A DNA stretch of 64,000 nt, from contig OZ176050.1 of assembly GCA_964247055.1 (NCBI GenBank), positions 10,478,001 to 10,542,000 on the forward strand, in the 5' to 3' direction. Below the pieces are notes generated by a model that made no database searches, was not told where the DNA came from, and saw only the letters and a list, made by a program, of their open reading frames with translations. Of this stretch, positions 47,960 through 61,683 are shown in pieces (the first letter of the stretch is position 1; each line of letters opens with the position of its first letter). The position numbers and the translations under genes were made by a program. This stretch comes from Paragordius varius. Lineage: Eukaryota > Animalia > Nematomorpha.

Positions 47960-50146
47960 AAAAAAATAATCCTATGTGGTGGTGGCTGTTAGAAGGAATA
48001 AAAGATAAGGAGAGGAGATTTACAGTGTGGAATTTTACACAATAAATATATATACATATAAATATAATTATTATGGTAACAAGTGATATTATAATATTAT
48101 TTTGTAAGAGGATTATATGTAAAAAAAATAATTATTACTAAAATATTATAAATAAATTTGAATCTACCTTAAATCATTGATACAATCGATATATTTGATT
48201 AACAAAAAATTAGATTGGATTTTTTTATATTAACATTACGTTTAATTAATCACTATATATATTGGATTACAAATTTATCGCTTTTCTAATTTATAATAAG
48301 TGTTGATATCATTTGAAACCTAAATTAGATTCAAAGAATTTTTTCAAATTTTTTTTTATTTTGTATTTCCAGTGTTTTTTGTGAAAAAATAGTTTGGATT
48401 CCATTTCATTGATTTTACAGATAATTATTTGATGATTAAATAGATTTGAAAATTTAAATAATGGTAAATTTTTAAAAACTATTTTTTGGACCGATCTGTA
48501 ACCGCGGGTCCAGCCCCAACGTTTTTGTCAAAAGTTTCCAATAATTTTAAAATTGGCTTTAATTCCGTTTCTCGATTTATGGAAAAGTTTTATCTTGAAA
48601 TCTTAAATAATTGCTTAATTATTGATAAATCTGTTAATGGGGCTTATCTATTTGATAATATATGTTTAAGACTTATTTGAGATAAAGTGTTGGACTTAGA
48701 GATTGTTTAAAACAGTTTAGAATAATTCGGTATTTGTATCAATACTGTAATATAAAAAAATATGTCTTATATTAATCCAAAGTCACCGCATCTTAGAATA
48801 TGCACTTCTACGGGTTTATAGTATAAACTTCTGCATTTGGTAATTTTTATCTTAAGCTTAAAAGTCTAAATTCAAAATCGGTTTTTCAAACAGAATTCAA
48901 ACCACCCCAAAATCAAATGTAAAATCCATGGACTCTATTTTTAAGTTAATGGAAGTAAAATCATGACTAATCAACATTTTGCCTAAAAATCTTATGTATT
49001 AAACTTACCACAAATTTGAGAGGATTAACAGATTTGTTTATGATAACATACCTAACGCAATACTGCACCCAATCGAAGGACCTTATACTTATATTTATTA
49101 TTAATAACCTAAAAACCAAAATTTTAATTACATACTCATTAAATACAAGATGTGGGGAAATGTTTAACATTTAGAAAAACAATTGCGTAATTTTGGGTTA
49201 AGAATGGTCTTTAAACTGACATTTTCATAATATTTATATTAACAATAGATCAACAAATATACTAATATAAAAAAAGACTATTAATATATGAATAACATAT
49301 AATTAACTATTAATTTATGTTAAGCTTAGTGATCAATATTTTAAAACGTATTTAAATTTTGATTAGACTATACAACTTCATTTAATATTTGTATGTTGTC
49401 TATCATGTTATAAATCCTGACTAATTTTCGATTTTTTATTGATTCTTCTTTTATCTGTAAAGTCTGTAGGGATTTTTACAAATAATAAAAAAAGAAAAAA
49501 TGGATATAAAAATATATATTATGAAAGAATATTTTTTTTCCTAAAAAATGAAAATGATGCATATTGTCTTTATTCATTATACAAGTGGTTTTCCACTGTA
49601 AAAAAAGAGTTATGCAAAGCAAGGGAATTTGCAATATAAAAGGATATATTAAATGATAAATAAATATTTGAATAAAAAAGGGATTTTTATTTTTTTTTGC
49701 GCAATTCTGCGCACAAATTGTGAAAATTAGGAAAGAAAGATTTGAGATAAAATTTGTTTGTTAATCCACACAATACACACAATAATAATTACCATTTGAA
49801 ATTTAAGCATTTAATCATTAATATATGACAAATAATTATTATTATTGATTAGTTTGCAATTTATAAAAATAATATTTATAAAATGCTAATGTTACAGCGG
49901 TGTTTTACAATTCGCTAATATTGTACTTATACATATGTCATCAAAATTAAACCATTAATTAGTCTTTTATCCTCAAAATCTTTAAAAAACTGTTAAAATT
50001 AAATATGCAATATAATTTAGTTAGCAATCCTATTTAAACCCTTTGTTTCAGTTTGAAAAAGTAAATGATCTTTTTTTGTACAATAATAATAGAACCGATA
50101 TTTGTATTACAATCAAACAGTCACCCAATCTTTGCCGCACATGACA

Positions 50147-50148
<2 letters not shown>

Positions 50149-50201
<53 letters not shown>
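50149..50201. repeat. (TA)n microsatellite
   Basis: Direct dinucleotide run. Confidence 0.95.
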
Positions 50202-50210
<9 letters not shown>

Positions 50211-51036
50211 ATATATTTTTGGGCGTATTTTATCCCAAAATATTTTTTTTTAAGAATTTATTTCTCTCTCTTAAACTACGTGTTTTTATCATTCGGTAAA
50301 TACATATGATACACCGAGTATACGATCTAGATATTTTAAAAAACATATTTTTAGGAGTTAGAGGCTAAACCGAAATATTTTGATAAGAGTGGTTCAACTA
50401 TGCTGGAAGTTCTTTATGAATGAAAATAAATTATCCATTATTGTATTTATATGAGCTTGCACGTTTTCTGGATATGCTTCTAGCCACGGTTTTTATATAC
50501 TTGCATTTTTTAAAAAAGCCCTATTTTATTAGAGGGTGTAACATAATCAAGAGACCAATTCAAAAATATGGCTCGACTACGCTAGGAGGATTGATAAAAA
50601 TAAAAAATTGTCCTTGAATTTAAATGGGTTCCATCTTCAAAATTGCAACAGCATTTTTATAAATATAGAGATAGAAATGATTGTAAAAGAAATAAATAAT
50701 CAAAACATCGAAACTTATCTCTACCAAGCTTGTAATACAAAAATAAGATTAAATGGTTATTGTTATTAAATAGAATACAAAACAACATGTTTTCAATAAA
50801 CTTGGGTCAGAAACTTAAAAGCAGGTTTTGGAACTATGCGGTACAATTAACAAAAGTCGATTATGTACAAAAGTCTTAGCACCTAACTTGATTTTATTGA
50901 CCGAAGTTACGATAATTTTAACATACTTGGCCGAATCCCAAAATCTGTTAAAATTATATTTTTTTAAAATACGAACCTAATATTATAAATACATAAAAAA
51001 ATATCAAGCGTTTTCTTGATGCAGATGCAGCTAGAG

Positions 51037-53346
51037 CAGTGGTACTCACCAAAAAAATTTGACGGCCCAAATAAAATATATATTTTTTTCGAGGGCCATG
51101 TACCTAATAATGGCAAAAATTCCATTTGACATATGCACTTATTTATACTCTAAATCAGCACAATGAATTTTTTGCTGATCACATGTAAATCCAGCTAAAA
51201 ACTCGTATTGGACCATTTAGTTAAAATATTATAACAATATTTATTTTGATATTAACCAATAATTTCGCCTCATGGACAGGCCAATCTTAATACGTCATCC
51301 ATTTGATCATTAAGCGAATATGTTATTCTGGACATACATCATTTTTGAATATGCCGTCTCACACGTGTAAGTTGAGGAAAAACAGTTAGGATAACTTGAG
51401 CACATTTTTTATATTTTCATATATATTTGGCACATCTTGCCAAAACTCTACATATCTTTCTTCTCTACGATTCTCCTTGAACATAGTTTCCGAATTGGAT
51501 ATTTTTAAAATCTACGAATTCAATGATATGCGCCTGATCATAACCGAATTAAGTTGCTTAATATTGGATATATCCATATGCCACATGGATTTTCAACGAG
51601 TTTAAGCAATTGATATTTCTTAAGTCTTGACTGAATTTCATCTCATTAGATAAAAATGATAAATGATTGATTATTTTTAAATGAATTTCCGTGGTAATTC
51701 CATATTTTCTACATGAATCGTTTTAAGTGTTGGAAAATATAGGAGTGTTTTATTTATAAAATCTTCTTTATATATTACTAATTTTTCAAAAGAAAATATG
51801 ATTAGCGAATTGGGTTATTATTTTGCTCCCTAGAAGACTCTTATTAAAAATACGTTTGTTAGTAATGTCGCAAAGGTAGGTTGATAACATCCACCATTGT
51901 CACTATTAATCCTCGTCAAACTTTCTGATATCTTTTATAAATAATAAAATTTCATGTCTTAAAATAAAAAATCTATTTAATTTGCTAAGTTAGTCATCTC
52001 ACAGCGGTGTACAAAAAGATACCATCAAACTCACCGTGGATATCTTTAAGACGGTTTTTCGAATTTACGGCGGTTGAATTTTCTGCCACAGGTTAACTAT
52101 ATCCAAAACCGTTTTAATTACTGATTCAAGTGATTCATCTTTTACACTCGAAACCAAGTTTTGCTTATGAATAAAGCAGTGAAGATAAAGTATTTTGCAA
52201 ATTATATTTGTTTTTCAAAAAAGGAATAAATCCTTTGTGTTTTTATCATATAGGGACATCTGTGCAGATCGAAACCAATTTTTTCATAGATATACCATTA
52301 TTATCGAAGTTGCAAAATCCCACGAAGAGCGCACTTTGAGTGTTGAACTAATATCAGTGCCTAGAATGAATAGCAATACTAAAATATTTGCAGTTTTTCA
52401 GAGCCAATAATGTATTGTTAAAAATATATTTAGACATATCTTCAATGCGTCGCGCACAGTTGAATCAGAAAGTTGAATTTTAATTTGCTTCATCATCTGA
52501 TCTTTATGGAATTTATCAAATAAAAAAAGCAATCATTTATTAGACATTCTTTTATTAGTAAGGAGTCAGTAAACGGTTTTATTTTATCTTAAAATATAGC
52601 AAATTTCATACGAAGCTACACAGCTTATCCCTGGGAAAAAGCTATAATTTTTCTTGTATAATTCCTTAATCTTTTTATATTTTTCGTTTCTTTCCTCATA
52701 TTTTTCCCGTAATTTATGAGAATGATGGATTGTAATATGTCTTTCAATATTGTATTTTTTTATAATAGGTTATCCTTACATATAAGGCAGGTAACAACAT
52801 TTTTATTTAAAACGACAAAGAATTTTTCTTCCCATTCTTTTTCAAAGGAGCGATTTTCATGGGATATAATTTTATCATTAGATGTCATTGAATTTATCAA
52901 ATATTATTTTGAATTATGCTAACAGGTCGAAATTTAATGATTCTGATTTGAAAAATATTTTATGGAAATGAGTTATAAAAAATGATGCAGGATAGCAATG
53001 AAAAGAATAATATATGCAAGTTTGGGTGAAAGGCTTGCTTAACAAAATGGGAATGCAATAAAAATTTTAAAATAGAAAAAATATATTACAGAAACATAAA
53101 CAAAGTGTGTAAAAATTTTAAAATAATTTTAATGTAGGAAAATTTTCTACATTTCAAATTGGGTAAAAAATAAAAATTACCAAAATTAAATCTAGAGAAA
53201 ATAAATTACTATTTAAATAAGCGACAATTCGTTTATGTAAATTTTAAAAATTCATCAATAAAAAAAATAATTTGTATCAATATAGTCATAGGGCAATTTT
53301 AAAGCACCCTTAGGGCCGCATGCGGCCCGCGGTTTGAGTATCACTG
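51037..53346 (-). mobile_element. hAT DNA transposon (2310 bp) with a decayed Charlie/SPIN-type transposase
   Basis: TIR cagtggtactca / tgagtatcactg; perfect 8-bp TSD agctagag (51029-51036, 53347-53354); subterminal palindrome gggccgcatgcggccc. Minus-strand peptides RRIEDMS..KYFSIAI, KLVSICTD and LHCFIHKQNLVS are interrupted by stops and frameshifts. Confidence 0.9.
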
Positions 53347-54523
53347 AGCTAGAGGGAAGAAAAGGGGCTGATGCACCAGGCGCTATAGTTGAAGGGGCGC
53401 CGGATTTTTTAATTTATTTCAAAAAATAGCTATTTAAAAGTAACTTAAATAATACATAAAAAGTCACCCATGTATGAGTGGTCACGACGGTTTGAATTTG
53501 ATTTTTTTAAACGCGAGGAGTGTCGCATTGAGGGGTCGGCATAACGGATTCTTGCACTGGGCGCCAGAAATGCAAGCTACGACTCTGTCTTTATGCAAAA
53601 AGTGATAGCAATATAATGGCAGACAACTGTGCGTTAAGTTTTGTTATCTTATATGGCTTTTTTCCTCTGGACCATCAATCACGGTATATAATAATTTGCA
53701 ATCCCAAAAACACCTTAATAAATTGTAAATTATACACTTAGATGTGAAATCAATCGTTGATGCTTAATAAACGCATGAATGTAATTAACACTCTTTACAC
53801 AAAAAAGGTATCCTGATCAAATGTATATATAATATTCCGATATAAAAATGTATGATTATCAGTGTTTTTGGTTTGGGGGCTTAGAAGGTATCAACCACTC
53901 TTATAGTAATAACTCCATATAAATAATTGCAAAATTATATAAAATTTTGGTAAGTTATACTTCAACCAAATTATTTTGTTATACATAAATATTGAGAAAA
54001 ATTTTATTTTTATGACTATTTGAATTTTGTTTAAAAGTGGTGTGGTTAATAATAGACAAGATTAGGAGATAAATATTAAAATATAAGATGCACGAAAAAA
54101 TATATTTAATGACCTATTTGTTTATTCTCTCACAAATAATTAAGTCTTTCTTGGTAATTTTGGTTGGAGAATGAGTCATTTAAATAAGTTATATTACATT
54201 TATGGTACTTTCTCAAAATCAAGAAAGCAAATTCAACACACATTGATTTAAAAATTCCTTTTATAAATTAGCCTCTTACTTTAGCCCCACCCAAAAATAA
54301 TTGATTTTGAACAATTATTGGTTTTAAAGCATTCAAAACTAGGAGATTAAAATTTAATAAATTTATTTATAAAATCCCCTAAGGTGATTGAGTTCATTTT
54401 AAAATAAGCCTAGTAGTTATGTATGAAACTAGGTTTGAACAAATATTGGTTTTACATTATTACCTGGAAAAATTTATATTTAAGGAGCCGCTCTCTGAAA
54501 TTACATTTACAAAACAACTAGAG

Positions 54524-54525
<2 letters not shown>

Positions 54526-54563
<38 letters not shown>
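54526..54563. repeat. (TA)n microsatellite
   Basis: Direct dinucleotide run. Confidence 0.95.
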
Positions 54564-54568
<5 letters not shown>

Positions 54569-55542
54569 CATCCTAATTATTTTTTAGAAAGGTTTAGATT
54601 GCTGAGCGTTTTAAGGGCTCCCGCTTAAAATACCCCCCAAAAAAATATTTAAAACATTTTTGGAATCTGTATAGTCTCATTCTCATGCATTCCTTTTTAA
54701 CCGAGGTAATCAATTCGCACTGTAAAAGCCCTTTATACTAAATGACTATCATTAATAAAACCTTTTGATCAATCAAGTAAATTAATAACGGACATTTTTG
54801 ATATGATAAATTTTACAATGTCCATATAATGGGTGTCTGTGAACTCTTATAAAAGATGGTTAAAGATAGTCTTTTAAATAGAATATGTGGAAAAATTATA
54901 ACTCATTTTATCACCAATTAAGCGATTCGCTAATTATAATTTAGGCGACAAAGACGCGTGACAGGGCCAGGTTGTAATCATTAAAAAATATATTTAAGAA
55001 AAAAAGCAATACTTATATCAATTAAATTTTTTTGAGGTCGTAAAGTCTCATTACTTTGGACCCATCTAAAATGAGTTAGTTATTCTAAAATAAATGTAAA
55101 TGCCGAAAATGAGCGATATGGATCTTAAAATACATATTGCACGGGTAGGATGTAAAATTAATGAAATATTAATTCTGATAGAAAAACGAATCAGGATTAA
55201 TTCCAAAAACATCAGTTATAATAATATAAACTATACCATTTGCACTTCAAGAGTATCTTTGAACACTTCAAGTGGTCCTTTAATATTTCAAGTTGGTGCT
55301 TGAACATTTCAAGTTGGTCTTTAAAAATTTTAAATTTTAATTTAACCATAATATTTGCATTTATTTTTTTATTTCATTATTATTTAACCTAATTTTCTTT
55401 ATTTATTATGTATTTTTTCGATTAAAAATAAATATTTTTATTCCAAAAACTCTTTTTGGTTTCAAATTATTTTTTATCCAATTTAACAAAATTATTAACA
55501 TTTAAATGTTTTCAATGAAAAATTGTAAATAATACCCAGAAA

Positions 55543-57594
55543 TCTAATTTATAAAAAGGAAAATGCTGGCTTTATCTGTTACTGGAAAACCGGTAGACCC
55601 ATTCAAATCCAAATGTCGAAAAAATATAATCATTAATGAATGCCTCGGCTTCGCCCTTTTTTTAAATGGGCTCCCAGTTCGGGCCCACCCCGTGTAAAAA
55701 ACGGGTTTTTTTGAAAACAGAAGTCAACAAAAATCGTGTCTTTAAGACAATTTTCCGGGACACGTGTTGGACCATTCGATTTCAAATATGATTTTTTTTA
55801 CTTATTTTCGATTGCCCCGAACATAGTCGGCTCGCTTTTTTAATTTAGGCCCTCTTTTTACCCACTCCCCTGTAAAATGCCATTTTTTTCAAAAAAAACA
55901 AAGTCCACAAAAATAATTTTTTGAATCTGTTTTTCGCCCACGGTATGAGACCGTTAAAATTCAATAAGGATTCCAGGTATTCACTGTTAAAAGACAAAAA
56001 TTTTAGTCGTGCGTTTTTTTCATATTAGCTGCTGGGTAAGGAGATAACCGCTAAAAACTGCCCTATAGCGAGCCTTGGGGCTAAATTTCAGAAAACCTAT
56101 CAGGCCATATGATTTCAATAGGTGCCTAAAATATTACCCGTAACAAGGCAAAAATTTAGGTCGTGCGGTTTTTATAAATTGCCGTTAATTAGGCCCTTTA
56201 CGCCCTAAAAAATGCGCCACCATAGAATTATTTTTTTAATTTTGAGGCAATTTTTTCATAAACTAATGAGGGCATATGGAATAAATCATAATTCGAGGTA
56301 TTCACTGTTAAGAGACAAAAATTTTAATCAAGCCCTTTTTTTGTATCAGCCTCTGGATAGGGAGTTACCTGTCTAAAACTGCGCCACCATATCGAAATTG
56401 CGTAGTTTAGGAGTCAATTTTCAGAAAACTTATCAGGCCACATAAGTTTAATATGGGCCTGAAATATTACCCGTAAAAAGGCAAAAGAATCGAGAGGTTT
56501 TTAAATTAGCCGTTAATTAAATACCCTTGCCCTGAAAAATGCGCCATTACAGAATGATTTTTTTTGAGGTAATTTTTCGAAAATCCCACTAGAGCATATG
56601 GAATCAATCATGAATCCATGTAACACCCGAATTAAGGCAAAAATTAAAATCGAGCGTTTTTTTGTTTCCCCCGTGATTAAGGGGCTAGTAAAACTGCGTC
56701 ACCATATAGATACAGCATGCCTTTGGAGCCGAATTTCAGAAAACCTATGAGAATAATAGGAACATATAGAATTAATAATTCCAGATATTCCCCATATAAA
56801 AGTAAAAAAATTTGCCCAACGCCTTTTTGTACCTGCTCCTAGCTACCCGCCAAAAACTGCGCCACTATGTAGAAATTGCGTTGTTTTAGAGATAATTTAG
56901 AGAAAATTTATGAAGCCAATGTGTATATTAAAAGCTTGAAATATTACCCGTTAGGCAAAAATTATGGTCAGGCGTTTTTTTATTAGCGGTTAATTTGGGC
57001 CTTTATGCCTTAAAAATACGCCATCATACAACGATTATTCAGTGTTGTGGCATTTTTTGGATAACCCATGAGACGATGGTATCAAGTTTCCAAATATTTG
57101 CCCTATAAAGGCAAAGAAAGCGCTTTTTTCATATAGGTCTATGGGTAGGGGTCTAACGGTTTAAAACTCAGACGCCATACAAAAATGGCCTGGTTTTAGA
57201 GCTAATTTTCAAAATATTTCAGAAGCTATACGACTTCAGTTAAACACATTTTTCTTTAAATGGGACCACAAATGATTTACTTTTTATATACCTTAATCTG
57301 AGTTTTGTGAACACAATTTCAAAATAAAACTTTTAACCATGATTTCGTAAAAGGAAATCTTAAAATAAATCCAATGAAGGTAGAATATTAACTATATAAG
57401 GGACAGTTTAAATATGATCGATTTCGAGTAAACAATATTTGTGCCTATGCAAAAACCCGTAAAAGAATAATTAAAGACATTCTTTTTATTAAATATGATT
57501 TTTATTATTTTTCATCCATTTTTTGCAAATTATTAAGAATAATATCGGTTATCGGTGAGAATATGTCACAACGAAGCGTGATAGGGCCAGCTAG
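55543..57594 (+). mobile_element. Non-autonomous Helitron nested in the foldback element
   Basis: 5' A|TC (aatctaatttataaaaagg), 3' hairpin tcacaacgaagcgtga then ggccagCTAG|T, so inserted between A and T. The first ~530 bp match 62880-63410 in reverse orientation. Confidence 0.75.
55975..57250 (+). repeat. About 8 diverged ~160-bp tandem monomers with partial A/B alternation (~320-bp dimer)
   Basis: Recurring motifs ggtattcactgttaa.agacaaaaatttta (about 55977, 56297), aaatattacccgt..aggcaaaa (about 56128, 56461, 56939), aaaa(a)tgcgccac and tttcagaaaac.tat. Confidence 0.75.
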
Positions 57595-58084
57595 TCTTTA
57601 TATTATAATTACGTGTTAAAATCTTATAAATATCCAAAATAATTAAAAAAATAAATAAAGATATGCGGCTTCTCAAGTTGATATTGATTTAAAATTTATT
57701 TTAAATAATAGAAGTTTAAAAACGATAGAATAGATGAATGATTTACAAAGTAAAAACAAAACAAAAAAGTCAAAGGACCTACTTGAAGTGTTCCAGGACC
57801 AACTTGAAATGTTAAAGGACCAGCTTGAAGTGTTCAAGGGCCAACTTGAAATGTTTAAGGACCAACTTGAAGAGTTCAAGGACACCCTTGAAGTGCAAAT
57901 GGTATATACCAGGTAATTAGTTTTAACCGGATTTTCTGTAAAAACAAATTAAATTTTGGAAGGAAATCGTACATTGGCTATTTTTCGCTTCTATCATATG
58001 TATATGAAGGCCGAGTTAAAAAAACTTAGATTTTTGCGGTATACCCTTAGTCAAGCCATAACGTCTTCTAAATTATTTAAGGGC

Positions 58085-59105
58085 CAGGTGATAAAAAATT
58101 TTTTTTGACTTGACTTGCAAGTTTTTCAAGTCTTGGCTTGCTTTCATGCGATAAAAAAAATTTAACATTACACGACTTAAGTCAAGCAAGAAAACTTGAT
58201 TCGAAGGTGATAAATAATCATATGATCAAGTAAAACTTAAAGATTTTGCAAGTTAGGTGTAGGGCACACTTGACAGATTTTAAAATATGGATAAAATTAT
58301 TTTGGAAACTATTTATGTATAAAATTTAGGTTTTATATTAATTCGAACCTTTGTTAATGCTATAAATTGTTAATTCGATAAATTTTGGCTAATTTATCTA
58401 TTCATCGGGTGGATACAAAAGAGGATAAATTTATAGAAAAACTCTGCTAATATTTAATAGCATGGCATATAAAAATATGGTAAATATATCAATTCCGTGA
58501 CCGCAAAAAAATTGGATTCTCGAAAATTTCTTAAAACTAATAATTAATTATAATCTTGTACAATTTCAAATCTTCGTTTATTAATAGCAAAAGGTTACTT
58601 CACTATTAACCAATGTAAATAATTTATTTTATCATAAATTTATTTCGAATGTAATGTTTATAATCAATTAAAAATAATTATGTTATATTGTGTGAACATC
58701 TTCCCATTATATTTGCAAATGGACTCCAAACAAAATGTAGTGTGATAAAAAATGAAGAATGTTTTAAGGGCGAATGGTTTCATCAATTTAAAAATTATTA
58801 CCAGGCTCAATATTTAGAAAACTCTATAATATTAAATAAGATACTTGCCAGTGAGTTTGAAAAATGTCATAAATGCATATTCTATTAATTGTGCCTTATT
58901 TCAGTTTTGGCTGAAAATGATCAAAATAATTTTTGTAAAATTCGAATCGGGTGGCAATAAAACGTTACATTCACAAGCAAAAGACTTGACTTAAGTGTTT
59001 TTTTATCACCGATCTTCAAGTGTACACTTGCTGGCTTAAGTAAACTTACTCAACTTGCCACGCTTGACTTACAAGTCAAGTGCGATTTTTTTATCACCCC
59101 ACCCA
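58085..59105. mobile_element. MITE-like element with inverted ends built from GGTGATAAAAAA and ACTTGAC/GTCAAGT motifs
   Basis: Left caggtgataaaaaatt..gacttgacttgcaagt; right acttgacttacaagtcaagt..tttttttatcacc; motifs repeated subterminally on both sides. Confidence 0.55.
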
Positions 59106-59129
59106 GTGTTGCTCTACGAGGTTGTACAT

Positions 59130-59770
59130 CATTGATGCAAAGATGGCCCAAGACACGAGTCAGCTGATGCGGACGAAATTCGAATCGCAAGGTATTTTTC
59201 ACTGGTTTTGATGTCGATACGAAGCATTGTCATATAGCAGAATCTTTCCATACTTTCTGGCTCATTCCGGTTGTTTTCCGATAGTTTTATTTGAGTAACT
59301 GTTAGCGATATTGCTGTCTATTAGCATTTTAGGGACCTCAAAAGTTTATAATGCGCAATACCGCTTTGGTTTCACAAGACAGAGCATGGTTTTTTTGCCG
59401 ATTTGGCCTTATTGTATAGAACGTCTCGGCAAGATCAAAGCCACGATTTATTTCGATTGGTTTATAAGCCAGTTTTCATCAGCAGTCTCAATCCGATAAA
59501 AAAATGATTTCTTTTGTGACGTGAAGCGAGGTTTCCCAATTTGCGATTTTTGATTTGACTTTCGTTCCAATGTGGACATTTACCAGAATCATAGGTCCTA
59601 TTGTTCGTACCCATCTATTTTTAGTTTTTTGTTATACATAATGCCAATTGCTGTTAAGTTTGAGTTGGATCATCATTCAATAGCTCTTTCCCCTTATCGC
59701 TTTCGCAGTTGTGTGGTTTTACCATAGCGTGACTTTCACTTTGCTAAGTTGACTGGTGGCATTAATAATT
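59130..59770 (-). pseudogene. Mariner transposase remnant
   Basis: Minus-strand peptides GKELLNDDPTQT, TADENW (cf. TGDEKW) and ILLYDNAS (cf. LLHDNARPH), heavily disrupted. Confidence 0.7.
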
Positions 59771-61627
59771 CTATAGGTGTAGCCGTTATAGGTTATAATT
59801 TAAATAATTATTTGTGAGCTTTTGGGAAATTTGTATCTAGCCCCAACTACAATATATATTTAAAATTAAACAGAACAGATCATTATAAAATTTTAACTTT
59901 TAGCCATATTGATTGGATATTATTAAAAGTAATTGATTTCATATTTGACGGTTTGATAAAATGATAAATTCCGAACAGAATCATTTTAATTGATATCGTA
60001 AAAAGGTTTAATTTTTAATTTTCCCTAATACTAATAATTCTTACAAATGTTGAGATTATTTGTTAGAGCAGCAATATAATTTTCTCACTAAGCGACACAT
60101 AAGGGAAAAGCTACCTATTTAATTTTGTGCATTATAAATCATAAGCTTATTTATTATGTATTCACATAAACATTTATAAAATTTATTTTTTGTTTGCTAT
60201 TATTCCAAACAATTTGCAATTTTAGTTATACAATCAAAATTTTTCTTGGGACATTTGTGGGTTTTATTAAAATTCAAATATAATTCAAAGTAATATAAAT
60301 CAAATATATTATCATTTATTTACATTATAATATAAAAAATTTTGCGATGCTGCGGAGGTTAGAAATCTCAGCCATCGTTATTTAGGTGAAATAAGGAAAG
60401 TAGTTTCCAACTCTCTGAAACTACTGAAAATGTTGATGGTTGATCTGGCATTTCCTCATAATCTCCGGTTTTGGATTGAGTCTATCGATAAGTATAAATT
60501 CAATTTAATCTCACGGTTGCTGAGAGGTCCTTATTTTCAGCATTCTTAGAACTAGCAAGCATTTTACTCAAATGCTACGGAAAGAGGGAGGCAAATTTAT
60601 ATATATAATATACCAATCTATCGAAGACTAGATTGATGATATCGACAAAATATAATTATTATACATCACATTCGTCCCAAAAGCTTCACACAAATAATCG
60701 ATAAAATTATCCTCTATAATAGCTACATCTATAAAATTATTATTTTAAACCTTCAAAAATGCGTACAAAAATTTTTAGCATCTCAAATTTTTAATTAAAA
60801 GATTCGTTGGTAATTATCACACATAATGACTTAAAATCAAAAGAGTTGAAGATGGCCAATGCCGGCAGGAAGTTAAATGATTATCTTAGTCTAGGTACTC
60901 TCCCTCACTGTCCACTTTCTTCACTTCATTGTTGGTTTGGGTATTCAGGAGTTTGATATTTATCGTCACACAATCACTGTCCCACTCTAAACTGCAATAC
61001 AGATCCAACATCGGCTTGATTGTATCCGTAAGATCCTGCCAATCCGTTGTAATTTCTTTGAACAGATCGATTAATTTTGTTACCCATAAAATAAATTTAA
61101 TTTTATATTCTTACCACATCTTATCGTTAGTCGTCTGAGTGCGGTCTCTTGCTAAGGCTATCAACAACATTTGGGCAAATTTATTTTATATTATAACACT
61201 GTGACTGAAATAGGGGGCCATAAATATATCCCGAGACTTTGCGTTTAGTGTAAAAGAATTGCATTTCAGTAAAACAAAATAATTTGGGACTTTCGGAGCC
61301 CACATATAAAAATTAAATTTTTCAAAAAATATTGTTTTGTAATTAGGTTGTTTATGATATATTATAGTGATATTTTTTGTAATGAAGTATTAGATTTTCA
61401 CCAAAAAAGTTTTATTTACAAAAATGTAAATAACTTTCTTGAATCACTCCTAGGGGCCAAAACCAAATGCACAATAATCCATTTTCCTATAGAATCATAA
61501 TTAATCAGGATATTTTTACCTCCCGATTTCGTCCGGTGTGTATATGCAACGAAAATCAAAGTGTATTATTTTTTATAAAAAAATTTATCGAATTAATATA
61601 TTTACATATAATTTGAATATGAATAAA

Positions 61628-61631
<4 letters not shown>

Positions 61632-61682
<51 letters not shown>
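61632..61682. repeat. (TA)n microsatellite abutting a Helitron 3' end
   Basis: Direct dinucleotide run ending at tactag. Confidence 0.95.

Positions 61683-61683
<1 letters not shown>

Larger units (their letters stand above)
55235..57903. mobile_element. Foldback-type element with 21-bp subterminal repeats, interrupted by a Helitron
   Basis: TIR accatttgcacttcaag...cttgaagtgcaaatggt with TA flanks. About 4 units left and about 6 right of ttcaagttggtccttgaaca(c/t). TIR and unit resemble those of 8902-9255. Confidence 0.85.

Noticed and set aside
57734-57916. ORF with a perfect-looking leucine heptad (DQLEMLKDQLEVFKGQLE...)
   Set aside because: It is the translation of the 21-bp (7-codon) subterminal repeat of the foldback element; the same unit appears inverted at 55245-55330.
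60300-61170. Open stretches on the minus strand (e.g. LWVTKLIDLFKEITTDWQDL...)
   Set aside because: No recognisable motif or consistent splice pattern; they could be transposon debris and are not supportable as a gene.
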